Part shown: positions 1 to 8,841 of the stretch, piece after piece
Layout of the letters: each line of letters opens with the position of its first letter
Position numbering within the stretch: the first letter of the stretch is position 1
Assembly (NCBI GenBank): GCA_043732185.1
Contig: JAYTHY010000118.1
Span: 1-55,311, forward strand
Direction of reading: 5' to 3'
Length of the DNA stretch: 55,311 bases
Source of the DNA: Fibrobacteria bacterium
GTDB lineage: Bacteria > Fibrobacterota > Fibrobacteria > UBA11236
Notes under the pieces: model-generated
Database searches by the model: none
What the model saw: only the letters and a program-made list of their open reading frames with translations
What the model was told of the DNA's origin: nothing
Position numbers and translations under genes: made by a program

Positions 1-643
1 CTATGCATTGAAAGCAAAAGATTTAGTTCAGGTTCCGATTGATCCGAGATGGTATAAAAAGGAAGTTGTGATTTTGGATGGCCTTTTTAATCGGCCGGGA
101 AAATATGCTCTGCTTTACCCGGGTGAAAAACTAGTCTCGGTAATCGAACGCGCGACGGGTTTCAAGGACAATGCCTATATCGCGGGAGGCCGATTTTTTA
201 GGTCGAAAGACAGTGTTGGTCGGGTGGGTGTCGATATTATGAAAGCTATGCATCGGCCCAAGGGGAAAGCCAATATAGCCCTCGTTGGAGGAGACAGCAT
301 TTTCATTCCCGAAAGATTGAATACGGTTAAGGTTATAGGTGAGGTGGGATTTGAAACCAGTGTGTTGTTTGAGGATGGGGCGTCGGTTCAGTTCTATCTG
401 GAAAAGGCTGGTGGCTTAACGCGAAGGAGCGAAAAAAATCGAATTGTTGTGCAGTATGCAAATGGGGAGTCGAGTCGGGAAGGTTATTTTAACCGGAAAC
501 CGGATGCGGGAAGCGTCATTTTTGTTCCGCAGGGGCCGGAGCCTAAGCCGGTGGATTGGTTTGTTGGAATCAATGCGATATTGGGAACATTGACTCTTGG
601 AGCAGCATTGTTATTGTCTATACAGAGTTTTCGGGGGAAGTAG
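1..643 (+). CDS. SLBB-domain polysaccharide export protein (Wza/KpsD-like), C-terminal part; 5' end lies upstream of the window
   Basis: SLBB motifs (G.FNRPGKY.L..GE; VKVIGEVG...F..G.S..FYLEKAGG; PDAGS.IFVP) and a C-terminal amphipathic/TM helix; heads a polysaccharide cluster. Confidence 0.85.
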   Translation, partial: YALKAKDLVQVPIDPRWYKKEVVILDGLFNRPGKYALLYPGEKLVSVIERATGFKDNAYIAGGRFFRSKDSVGRVGVDIMKAMHRPKGKANIALVGGDSIFIPERLNTVKVIGEVGFETSVLFEDGASVQFYLEKAGGLTRRSEKNRIVVQYANGESSREGYFNRKPDAGSVIFVPQGPEPKPVDWFVGINAILGTLTLGAALLLSIQSFRGK

Positions 644-694
644 TAGGAAATTTTTATTGGAAAATTATACCTCGCAGATTGATCGGCGATTAAA

Positions 695-870
695 TTGGCT
701 GAAAAAATCAGCGTAGTGATCATTTCAAAAAATGAAGCCGCAAAAATTGCCGATTGCCTTGAAAGTGTTAAATGGGCGGATGAAATCATAGTTGTGGATT
801 CCGGTAGCACGGATCTTACACGTGAAATCTGCCTGAAATATACCGAGCTTTTTTTTGAAGAATCCTGGGA
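695..870 (+). pseudogene. N-terminal fragment of a GT2 glycosyltransferase (WaaE/KdtX-like)
   Basis: ISVVIISKNEAAKIADCLESVKWADEIIVVDSGSTD is a classic GT2 N-terminus; similarity ends after ~58 codons. Confidence 0.75.
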
Positions 871-1683
871 AGAACACGGTTGTATTCGTGATCGATTCGC
901 TTACTGGAAATCCAGTCAAAAGAATCGTTCGCCGGCCGTCCTCCAAGCGCTATGAACATCGGATATTTCGAAATGCCGACCGGAGCATCTTCTCCGGTGT
1001 TGGAGGAGCAGCTGGACCCGAATACATTCTTGGACCTGGAGATGCGATTATTTGTTCCCTTTGGGTGATGAGGAAAAGAAAGGTTACTTGTTGCTCAATA
1101 AGGAAGGCAAAGTTTTCCTTGAAGGCATCGGATTGGTAGCACTTTCTGGAAACAATACCCAGGAGAAAAGCTCTCTTCGGTGGTGTCCAGCGCCCGTGGC
1201 TTCAAGGAAGACGCCTACGTTCAAAGAGCGCGCTTTTACCGTTCCAAAGATAGCGTCGGACGGATTGGAATCGATCTTTCAAAGGCCATTTCCAGGACGA
1301 AAAGCAGGTTCAATATCGGGATGGTTGGTGGCGACAATCTCTCCATTCCCGCATGTATAAACACTGTTACGGTCATAGGTGAAGTGGGCTTTGAAACTTC
1401 TGTGCTATTCGAAGTGGGCGCGAGTCTTGAATACTATATCGAAAAAGTCGGAGGATTTACCAGAAGAAGCGAAAGAAGTAGGGTAGTTGTGCAATACGCC
1501 AATGGGGAAACCAGTAGAGACGGCTATTTTAACAGGAAGCCGGATGAAGGAAGTGTTATTTATGTACCCCAAGGATCGGAACCAAAATCCATTGATTGGT
1601 TCACCGGGATAAACGCTATTCTGGGAACAGTTGGAGAAGCCGCCGCAGTCATCCTTTCATTTCAGGCGATTAGCAAGAAATAA
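870..1683 (+). pseudogene. Frameshifted, internally deleted second SLBB export gene
   Basis: EYILGPGDAIICSLW, frameshift ~1062, GDEEK..LLLNKEGKVFLEGIGLVALSG (Poly_export N-domain), then a jump at ~1156 to YPGEKLSSVV...RSKDSVGRIG, collinear with the C-terminus of ORF 8..643. Confidence 0.75.
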
Positions 1684-1826
1684 AGGCTTATCTTGACGGC
1701 GGGAAGAGGTGGGCAAGGGTGCCCGTTCCGGGACCCAAATGACCGTTTACAGCAGTAAAAATTGCTATTTTAACTCTTCAAATCAGCACCGTTGAGGTTC
1801 TACTTGGTCCGCTGCACGGGATTAAT

Positions 1827-2876
1827 ATGCTATTAAATTTAGAGTCCTTAAGATCTTTTGCTAGTCCTTGCTATTTGATTGCTGAAATAGGGGTTAATCA
1901 CGGCGGGGATATGGAGCTCGCCAATAAAATGATTCTAGCTGCAAAAGCTTCGGGAGCGGATGCAGTTAAATTTCAGACTTTTACCGCTGAAGCGCTCGTT
2001 TCCAAGGGCACTCCGAAGGTCAGATACCAAGAAAGCACAACTTCCAAATACGAAACTCATTATGAGATGATCCGCAAATTGGAACTGAAGAGGGAGCATC
2101 ACAAACCGTTAATGGAGTACTGTCATAAAGTCGGCGTCGATTTCATTTCCACGCCATATGATTTGGACAGCGCAAGCTTCTTGCATGAACTTGGTGTTGG
2201 AATTTTCAAAACCGCATCAGCAGATATCGTTGATCTACCTCTGCAATCCCTCCTGGCAAAAACAGGTAAAACGGTCATAGTCGCAACGGGGATGGCAACC
2301 ATGGAAGAAATCCGAGAAGTTTCCGATATCTACTCGGCCGCTAAAAACTCGAATCTCGCGCTTCTCCATTGTGTCTCGAACTATCCATGTTCAGACGCTA
2401 GCCTAAACCTTAGAGTCATAACTTCCTTGCAGTCGGCCTTCCCCAATTCCTTGGTTGGATTTTCTGATCACAGCGTGGGGGCCCAAGCAGGGGCTCTCTC
2501 TGTTGCGCTGGGCGCCAAAATTATCGAAAAACATTTCACCCTTGATAAAAACCTCGTTGGGCCCGACCATAAAGCTTCCGCCACCCCGGAAGAATTTTTA
2601 GAGCTGACCCATGCCGTACGGAAGGCCGAAATTTCCCTTGGTTCTCCGGAGAAATCCTGTCAAGAAGAGGAAAAGCAAATGGCGGCAGTTTCCAGAAAAA
2701 GCATTGTGGCTCGCTATCCCATTAAAGCAGGGGAGAGGATTACCTTTGAAAATATCATGATGAAACGGCCCGGGACAGGAATGAGGGCCAATCGTATTCC
2801 ATTTTTAATCGGAAAAAAAGCCAAACGGTCAATGGAAGCGGACCACCTTGTACAAATTCAGGATTTAGACGACTAA
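1827..2876 (+). CDS. neuB: N-acetylneuraminate/nonulosonate synthase with SAF domain
   Basis: IAEIGVNHGGD, GADAVKFQ, LLHCVSNYP, GFSDHS, IIEKHFTLDK, GPDH, KRPGTG. Confidence 0.95.
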   Translation: MLLNLESLRSFASPCYLIAEIGVNHGGDMELANKMILAAKASGADAVKFQTFTAEALVSKGTPKVRYQESTTSKYETHYEMIRKLELKREHHKPLMEYCHKVGVDFISTPYDLDSASFLHELGVGIFKTASADIVDLPLQSLLAKTGKTVIVATGMATMEEIREVSDIYSAAKNSNLALLHCVSNYPCSDASLNLRVITSLQSAFPNSLVGFSDHSVGAQAGALSVALGAKIIEKHFTLDKNLVGPDHKASATPEEFLELTHAVRKAEISLGSPEKSCQEEEKQMAAVSRKSIVARYPIKAGERITFENIMMKRPGTGMRANRIPFLIGKKAKRSMEADHLVQIQDLDD

Positions 2877-2928
2877 TGGGAATTGCTGAACATATTTTTC
2901 CATTATTAACCCGACCTCATTTTATCAA

Positions 2929-3570
2929 ATGACTGAGGATTTAATTTTAATCGGGGGCGGAGGGCATTGCCGGTCATGCATTGATGTCATCCGTGCAGAA
3001 GGCCGTTATAGGATCGTTGGCATAATTGATACACAGGAAAACCTTGGGCAAAAAGTCTCAGGATATGAAGTTATAGGTACTGATGAAAACCTAAAAGTTT
3101 TGGCAAAAAAGGGTGGGCAATTTCTCATAACCGTGGGACAGATTAAGTCACCCAAACGACGGATGGAGATTTATAACCTGATAAAATCCTGCGGAGGGAA
3201 TTTTGCCACGGTTGTATCACCCTTTGCCTATGTATCAAGTTTAGCCAAGATTGGAGAAGGCACAATAATCATGCATCATGCGCTAGTCGTTTCACATGCG
3301 ACTATCGGCAAGAATTGCATAATCAACAGTAAGGCGCTCATTGAGCATGATGCCCAAATCGGGGACGACTGTCACGTCTCCACCGGAGCCATTGTAAATG
3401 GAACAGCGATTCTTACCGGCCAAACTTTTCTTGGTAGTGGATCCATAGTAAATCACCAAGTCACAATTGCCGGCGGATGCATAATCGGCTCAGGTTCCCT
3501 GGTAGTTCGATCCATCCAAGAATCCGGAACCTATATTGGAAATCCTTTGAAGAAATTGAACCCGCTATGA
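2929..3570 (+). CDS. NeuD/PglD-family sugar acetyltransferase (hexapeptide repeats)
   Basis: LIGGGGHCRSCID N-terminus; IEHDAQIG catalytic EH motif; left-handed beta-helix repeats. Confidence 0.9.
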   Translation: MTEDLILIGGGGHCRSCIDVIRAEGRYRIVGIIDTQENLGQKVSGYEVIGTDENLKVLAKKGGQFLITVGQIKSPKRRMEIYNLIKSCGGNFATVVSPFAYVSSLAKIGEGTIIMHHALVVSHATIGKNCIINSKALIEHDAQIGDDCHVSTGAIVNGTAILTGQTFLGSGSIVNHQVTIAGGCIIGSGSLVVRSIQESGTYIGNPLKKLNPL

Positions 3571-4421
3571 TTTTCATTTCCACAGGTGGGTATTACGAAC
3601 GATCGGCCTATGAGAGCGCTCGTGAATTGATCGATAACGGGTTCTTCAACATTGAATTGTCTGGAGGACAATTCTCCGAGTCTCTTCGCCAAGATCTTCT
3701 CAAACTAAAAGGCCATGCCTGCTTTCAAATCCACAATTATTTCCCGCCGCCGAGTGTACCCTTTGTTTTCAATTTGGGCTCTTTGAATATAGAGACGGCT
3801 GAGGCGGCCATGCAGCATGCTCGGACGGCAATTACCTGGGCTGCGGATTTTTCGCAACCCATCTATAGCTTCCATGCGGGGTTTCTAATGGATCCGGCTC
3901 CCAAAGAGCTTGGAAGGCGGATAGGCAAGCGAGAGCTTTTCGACAGGGAGACCAGTCTAGAAAAGTTCATCTCCCGGGTGAATGAGCTGTCTGAATTTTC
4001 TCGCGAATTAGGCGTGGAGCTTTTAGTTGAAAACAACGTGCTTTCGTATTCCAACTATAAGGAGTTCGGCGAGAATCCTCTGCTTATGGTCACGCCGGAT
4101 GAGGCCGTCCGAATTATGGAAAGCACTAAGAGCAATGTAAACATGCTTATAGATGTCGCACACTTGAAAGTTTCAGCTCGCACGCTTGGATTTGACCCGG
4201 TTAGCATGTTCACTAAATGCCAGAAATGGATTCGAGCTTACCACCTAAGCGACAATGACGGACTCTCCGACAGCAATCAAGAAGTGCGAGAGGACTCTTG
4301 GTTTTGGGATCACTTGCAGCGAGACCTTAAGTACTACAGCCTAGAAATTTATAAAACGAACCTTGATCATATGAAGCACCAGCTTGCCTTGACCCAGAAA
4401 AAACTTGGATTGATTGAATAG
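3567..4421 (+). CDS. Xylose-isomerase-like TIM-barrel protein (sugar phosphate isomerase/epimerase family)
   Basis: IHNYFP, SFHAG, LLVENN, LIDVAHL, YHLSDNDG metal-binding motifs; ATG at 3567 overlaps the upstream stop (ATGA). Confidence 0.75.
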   Translation: MIFISTGGYYERSAYESARELIDNGFFNIELSGGQFSESLRQDLLKLKGHACFQIHNYFPPPSVPFVFNLGSLNIETAEAAMQHARTAITWAADFSQPIYSFHAGFLMDPAPKELGRRIGKRELFDRETSLEKFISRVNELSEFSRELGVELLVENNVLSYSNYKEFGENPLLMVTPDEAVRIMESTKSNVNMLIDVAHLKVSARTLGFDPVSMFTKCQKWIRAYHLSDNDGLSDSNQEVREDSWFWDHLQRDLKYYSLEIYKTNLDHMKHQLALTQKKLGLIE

Positions 4422-4428
4422 GATACCG

Positions 4429-5853
4429 ATGCTCGAAAACCTGACTTGTAAAGACAACCAAACGATTATTGATGCTTTAAGAAAGATAGACCTTAACGTT
4501 AAGGGCGCACTGTTTGTTGTTGATGAATCCGACAGGTTTCTGGGAACCCTGACCGACGGCGATATTCGTCGGGCGATCCTTTCTAAAAAAGGGACGGAGA
4601 CACTTTTGTCGGAATTACTGGTGGGAAAAGATTCGGTCTCGTTGCCGATATCCACCCCTGTTCGCGAACTTCTCCAAACCGCGAATAAGATGATCAAAAT
4701 AATCCCTTTACTCGACCAAGATGGGAAAGTTGCTGACTATTTCGAGTATAAAGCTGATTTCCATGCTCCTATTGCGTCTACCAACCTTATTGGCAATGAA
4801 CTTGCCTATGTCATTGAATGCGTTACAACCAATTGGATATCCTCCCAAGGCGAATTCGTTAATCGCTTTGAAAAAGGATTTTCCGAATACATTGGCACGA
4901 CCCAAGGTGTCGCAGTTATGAACGGAACAGTCGCCCTTCACTTGGCTCTCTTGGCACTTGGAATTGGCCCAGGGGATGAGGTCATCGTACCCGACCTGAC
5001 TTTCGCCGCGACCATAAATGCGGTGCTCTATACTGGTGCACGCCCAGTCATCGTTGACGTTGAATTTGAAAGCTGGTGTATAGGTACCAAAGCAATTGAA
5101 CAGGCCATTACCTCCAAAACCAAGGCCATTATTCCCGTTCATTTATATGGTCAACCCTGCGACATGCCGGCCATTATGAAGCTTGCCGACAAGCATGGAA
5201 TCAAAGTGATTGAAGATTGCGCAGAGGCACATGGAGCGGAAATCGGCGGTCAAAAAGTTGGGAGCTTTGGCCATATCAATTGCTACTCCTTTTTTGGAAA
5301 TAAAATCCTGACGACTGGTGAGGGCGGAATGTGCCTGACAGACGATGTTGAGTTGGCGGATAAAATGAGGCAGCTTCGCGATCACGGTATGGATCGAAAG
5401 AAACGGTATTGGCATCAGACGGTCGGTTATAATTATAGGATCACCAACCTACAGGCCGCCATTGGCGTGGGTCAGTTAGAGAGAATCGACGCGATTTTAG
5501 AAAAGCGGACTCAGATTCGCCATTGGTATGAAACAGGCTTAGCGGACGCACCTGAAATAGAGGTTCAAAAAATCATACCTGGGAGAAAATCAGTCACTTG
5601 GCTATATAGTGCCACTCTTAAACACGGAAAAATTTCGAGGGATCTCTTAATCGATAAACTAAAATCGAAAAACGTGGACTTAAGGCCTTTTTTCTACCCT
5701 CTGAGCCAAATGGACATTTATAAGGATTTCGCCAAAAATCCGACGCCCATTTCCAATGAGGTTTCTGCGCAGGGGTTAAGCTTCCCTACAGTTCTTTCAA
5801 TGAACGAAGAGGATTACCTATTCATTTGCGATAAAATCAAAGAATGCCTGTAA
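4429..5853 (+). CDS. CBS-domain + DegT/DnrJ/EryC1/StrS PLP aminotransferase (perosamine-synthase-like)
   Basis: GTLTDGDIRRAIL (CBS); NGTVALHLAL, IIPVHLYG, IEDCAEAHG, SFFGNKILTTGEGG, GYNYR; start may instead be TTG 4414. Confidence 0.9.
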   Translation: MLENLTCKDNQTIIDALRKIDLNVKGALFVVDESDRFLGTLTDGDIRRAILSKKGTETLLSELLVGKDSVSLPISTPVRELLQTANKMIKIIPLLDQDGKVADYFEYKADFHAPIASTNLIGNELAYVIECVTTNWISSQGEFVNRFEKGFSEYIGTTQGVAVMNGTVALHLALLALGIGPGDEVIVPDLTFAATINAVLYTGARPVIVDVEFESWCIGTKAIEQAITSKTKAIIPVHLYGQPCDMPAIMKLADKHGIKVIEDCAEAHGAEIGGQKVGSFGHINCYSFFGNKILTTGEGGMCLTDDVELADKMRQLRDHGMDRKKRYWHQTVGYNYRITNLQAAIGVGQLERIDAILEKRTQIRHWYETGLADAPEIEVQKIIPGRKSVTWLYSATLKHGKISRDLLIDKLKSKNVDLRPFFYPLSQMDIYKDFAKNPTPISNEVSAQGLSFPTVLSMNEEDYLFICDKIKECL

Positions 5854-5933
5854 TCCATTTTAAATGGTAGGGCCATTATTTTTAAGCGCCCTATTGTGGT
5901 TAATACAATGACTTTTTTCAAGGAGATGGGGAT

Positions 5934-6710
5934 ATGAAGCGCTCCAAAACTTCACAGAAGCTAAGCGAGATGCGAGTTCTGTTCATAATCACTGCAAGAG
6001 GCGGTTCAAAGGGTGTGCCCGGAAAGAATATCCGGGAAATCGGAGGAATACCGCTGCTTGCCTATAAAGCCATTTCAGCTAATAAAACCAGATGCGAGAA
6101 GCGGATCATCCTTTCAACGGACTCCCATGAAATCGCTGAGATCGGACGCAAGTGTGGCATTGAAGTTCCATTTATGCGGCCTAAGCATTTGGCTACAAGC
6201 AAAGCGTCATCAATTGATGTCATTAAACACGCCATGGGTTGGGTGGAAAAAAATGACGAGAATCAATATGATGCGGTTTTTCTTCTCGAACCCTCAAGTC
6301 CCTTTGGAACTTGGGAGGATTTCGAACAAGCATTAAACATATTGGCCAAGCCGGGAGTTGACAACGTGGTAGCCGTCAAAGAGGTCCACCCAAATACGAT
6401 TTTTTCGGTTTATTTAGGCCCGGATGGGTCCCTCGCCACCCTAGGGAAACGCCTGGCCAAATTGAAAACCATGCGCAGACAAGACTTCAAACCTGAATAT
6501 ACCCCCAGTGGCGCGCTGTATTGCTCACGATGGGAAGCATTCAAAAAAAGACCGACCTTTTATTCCTCTCGAACTTACACGGTGATCCAAGAAGACGCAT
6601 ATGCCGTTGAAATTGATTCCATGGTTGACCTCGCCTTTACGGAATTCGTGGTTGAAAAGGGCTTAATTGACCTATCCTACTGGAAAGACCTGCCAAGGAA
6701 AAACAAATGA
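5934..6710 (+). CDS. neuA: Acylneuraminate cytidylyltransferase (CMP-nonulosonate synthetase)
   Basis: IITARGGSKGVPGKN, LSTDS, EVPFMRP, LLEPSSP, EIDS..D. Confidence 0.9.
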   Translation: MKRSKTSQKLSEMRVLFIITARGGSKGVPGKNIREIGGIPLLAYKAISANKTRCEKRIILSTDSHEIAEIGRKCGIEVPFMRPKHLATSKASSIDVIKHAMGWVEKNDENQYDAVFLLEPSSPFGTWEDFEQALNILAKPGVDNVVAVKEVHPNTIFSVYLGPDGSLATLGKRLAKLKTMRRQDFKPEYTPSGALYCSRWEAFKKRPTFYSSRTYTVIQEDAYAVEIDSMVDLAFTEFVVEKGLIDLSYWKDLPRKNK

Positions 6711-8020
6711 AAAAGAATTCTGGAATTGAATTGTGGAACAAGGCGAAAACCATCATACCCGGTGGAAACCAATTGCTCTCCAAAAGGAGTGAACGATTTC
6801 TTCCAGACCAGTGGCCATCCTACTATGATCGGGCCAAGGGATGTGAAATCTGGGATCTGGATGGCAATCATTATTACGATTTCGCCCAAATGGGAGTGGG
6901 TGCATGCGTACTAGGATATGCCCACGATTACGTAAACGAAAAAGTGAAACAAGCCATAGATAAAGGTTCCATGGCAACGCTTAATGCACCGGAAGAAGTG
7001 GCATTAGCGGAACGGCTTTTATCCCTTCATCCCTGGGCCTCGAAAGTTCGTTTTTCCCGAACTGGCGGAGAGGCCTGTTCTATTGCGATTCGGATCGCCA
7101 GGGCTGCAACTAAAAAGAGCAAGGTCGCCTTTTGTGGATACCATGGATGGCATGACTGGTATTTGTCCGCCAACCTCTCCGACGGTTCCAATTTAGATGA
7201 CCAATTGCTGCCAGGGCTTAATACCAAGGGCGTACCGCGTGAACTAGCGGGTACCAATCACCCCTTTAAATATAATGATCTTACCCAACTCAAGGCCATA
7301 GCCGCAGAACACGGAAAGGATCTCGCATGTATTATCATGGAGCCGGTCCGGAACTTTGAGCCGGAACCCGCATTCCTCCAGGGTGTGAGGGATATCGCGA
7401 ACCAAACGGGGGCATTGTTGATATTCGATGAAGTAACATCTGGATTTCGCATGAACTTCGGCGGGATCCATTTGAGGTACGGAGTCCAACCTGATCTAGC
7501 CGTATTCGGTAAGGCACTTGGAAATGGTTATCCGATCTCAGCCATCATTGGCCGGAATTCCATGGATGTAGCTCAAGAAAGTTTTATCAGCAGCACTTTT
7601 TGGACTGAACGTATCGGTTTTACGGCTGCGCTTGCGACCTTGGATGTGATGGAAAAGGAAAATGTTTCAGCTAATCTTATCCATTATGGCGAAGCCGTTA
7701 ACGCGGGATGGAATAGAATCGCAGCAAAACATGGCCTCAAAATTCACATTAGTGGAATCACGCCCCTTACCCACATCGCCTTCGACTACCCCAATGCTAA
7801 TGCCATACAAACCTTATACTGTCAGGAAATGCTGAAGCGGGGTTTCATGCTTGGAGCATCGGTTTACGCCACCAATGCATATTCCGACGAAATCATTGCA
7901 AAATTTATCAATGCTTCCGACGCAGTGTTCGGCATGCTTTTGAAGGGTATCGCAAGTGAAACCATTGAAACTCTTTTGGAAGGACCGGTGATGCACTCAG
8001 GATTTAAACGGCTAACCTGA
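6707..8020 (+). CDS. Class III PLP aminotransferase (GSA-aminomutase-like fold)
   Basis: AKGCEIWDLDGN.YYD, FSRTGGEA, GYHGWHDW, LIFDEVTSGFR, FGKALGNGYP. Confidence 0.9.
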   Translation: MKKNSGIELWNKAKTIIPGGNQLLSKRSERFLPDQWPSYYDRAKGCEIWDLDGNHYYDFAQMGVGACVLGYAHDYVNEKVKQAIDKGSMATLNAPEEVALAERLLSLHPWASKVRFSRTGGEACSIAIRIARAATKKSKVAFCGYHGWHDWYLSANLSDGSNLDDQLLPGLNTKGVPRELAGTNHPFKYNDLTQLKAIAAEHGKDLACIIMEPVRNFEPEPAFLQGVRDIANQTGALLIFDEVTSGFRMNFGGIHLRYGVQPDLAVFGKALGNGYPISAIIGRNSMDVAQESFISSTFWTERIGFTAALATLDVMEKENVSANLIHYGEAVNAGWNRIAAKHGLKIHISGITPLTHIAFDYPNANAIQTLYCQEMLKRGFMLGASVYATNAYSDEIIAKFINASDAVFGMLLKGIASETIETLLEGPVMHSGFKRLT

Positions 8021-8067
8021 ATGCCAGCCCAAGTACTTGAGATTGTTCTGGCTAAACGGAGTTTTAA

Positions 8068-8841
8068 ATGTTGCTGAGCGGTAAGGTAGTGGTTGTAACC
8101 GGCGGCGCCGGGCTGATTGGAAAAGAATTCATTAAGGCCATTGCGGAAGAAGGGGCTACAGCGGTAATCGCGGATATCAATCCCAATGCCGCCGAATTGG
8201 CTGCTTCAGAGTTAGCGACCGCTGGCATGACTGGTAAAGTGGACTGGATCGGGATGGATATCACCTCGCTCGAATCTTTGCAAAATTCCATCGCATCCTT
8301 GAAGCAAAAGCATGGCAAGATAGATGCCCTGGTCAACAACGCCTATCCCCGCAACGGCAATTATGGACGGGAATTCTTTAAGGTTGAGTATAAGGATTTT
8401 TGCGAAAATATTGGATTGCATCTTGGCGGGTATTTCTTAGCCAGCCAGCAATTCGCTTCCTTCTTTAAGTCCCAGGGCTTCGGAAACATCGTAAGCATTT
8501 CGTCCATCTATGGAGTCATGGCTCCCAAGTTCGAAATTTACCAGGGGACGCCCATGACTATGCCCGTGGAATATGCTGCTGTAAAGTCGGCATTAATCCA
8601 TTTGACCAAGTATATGGCAAAATATTTGAAAGGAACAGGCATCCGCGTGAATGCGATAAGCCCTGGGGGAATCATCAACGGTCAGCCGGAACCGTTTCTC
8701 AGGAAATATGACGCCCAATGTTTATCCAAGGGCATGCTCGTTCCTTCCGATTTGCGAGGAACCTTACTTTACCTGCTTTCGGATATGTCCCATTTTCTAA
8801 ATGGTCAAAATATTGTGGTCGATGACGGCTTTTCACTATGA
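8068..8841 (+). CDS. ptmA: SDR oxidoreductase, PtmA (flagellin modification protein A)-like
   Basis: TGGAGLIG, DALVNNAYPRN, SSIYG, EYAAVK (YxxxK), RVNAISPGG, GQNIVVDDG; closely recalls PtmA of legionaminic-acid loci. Confidence 0.75.
   Translation: MLLSGKVVVVTGGAGLIGKEFIKAIAEEGATAVIADINPNAAELAASELATAGMTGKVDWIGMDITSLESLQNSIASLKQKHGKIDALVNNAYPRNGNYGREFFKVEYKDFCENIGLHLGGYFLASQQFASFFKSQGFGNIVSISSIYGVMAPKFEIYQGTPMTMPVEYAAVKSALIHLTKYMAKYLKGTGIRVNAISPGGIINGQPEPFLRKYDAQCLSKGMLVPSDLRGTLLYLLSDMSHFLNGQNIVVDDGFSL

Noticed and set aside
6707..8020. hemL (tetrapyrrole synthesis)
   Set aside because: It lacks the HemL PGGVNSPVR signature (has PGGNQLLSKR) and is embedded in a sugar operon.
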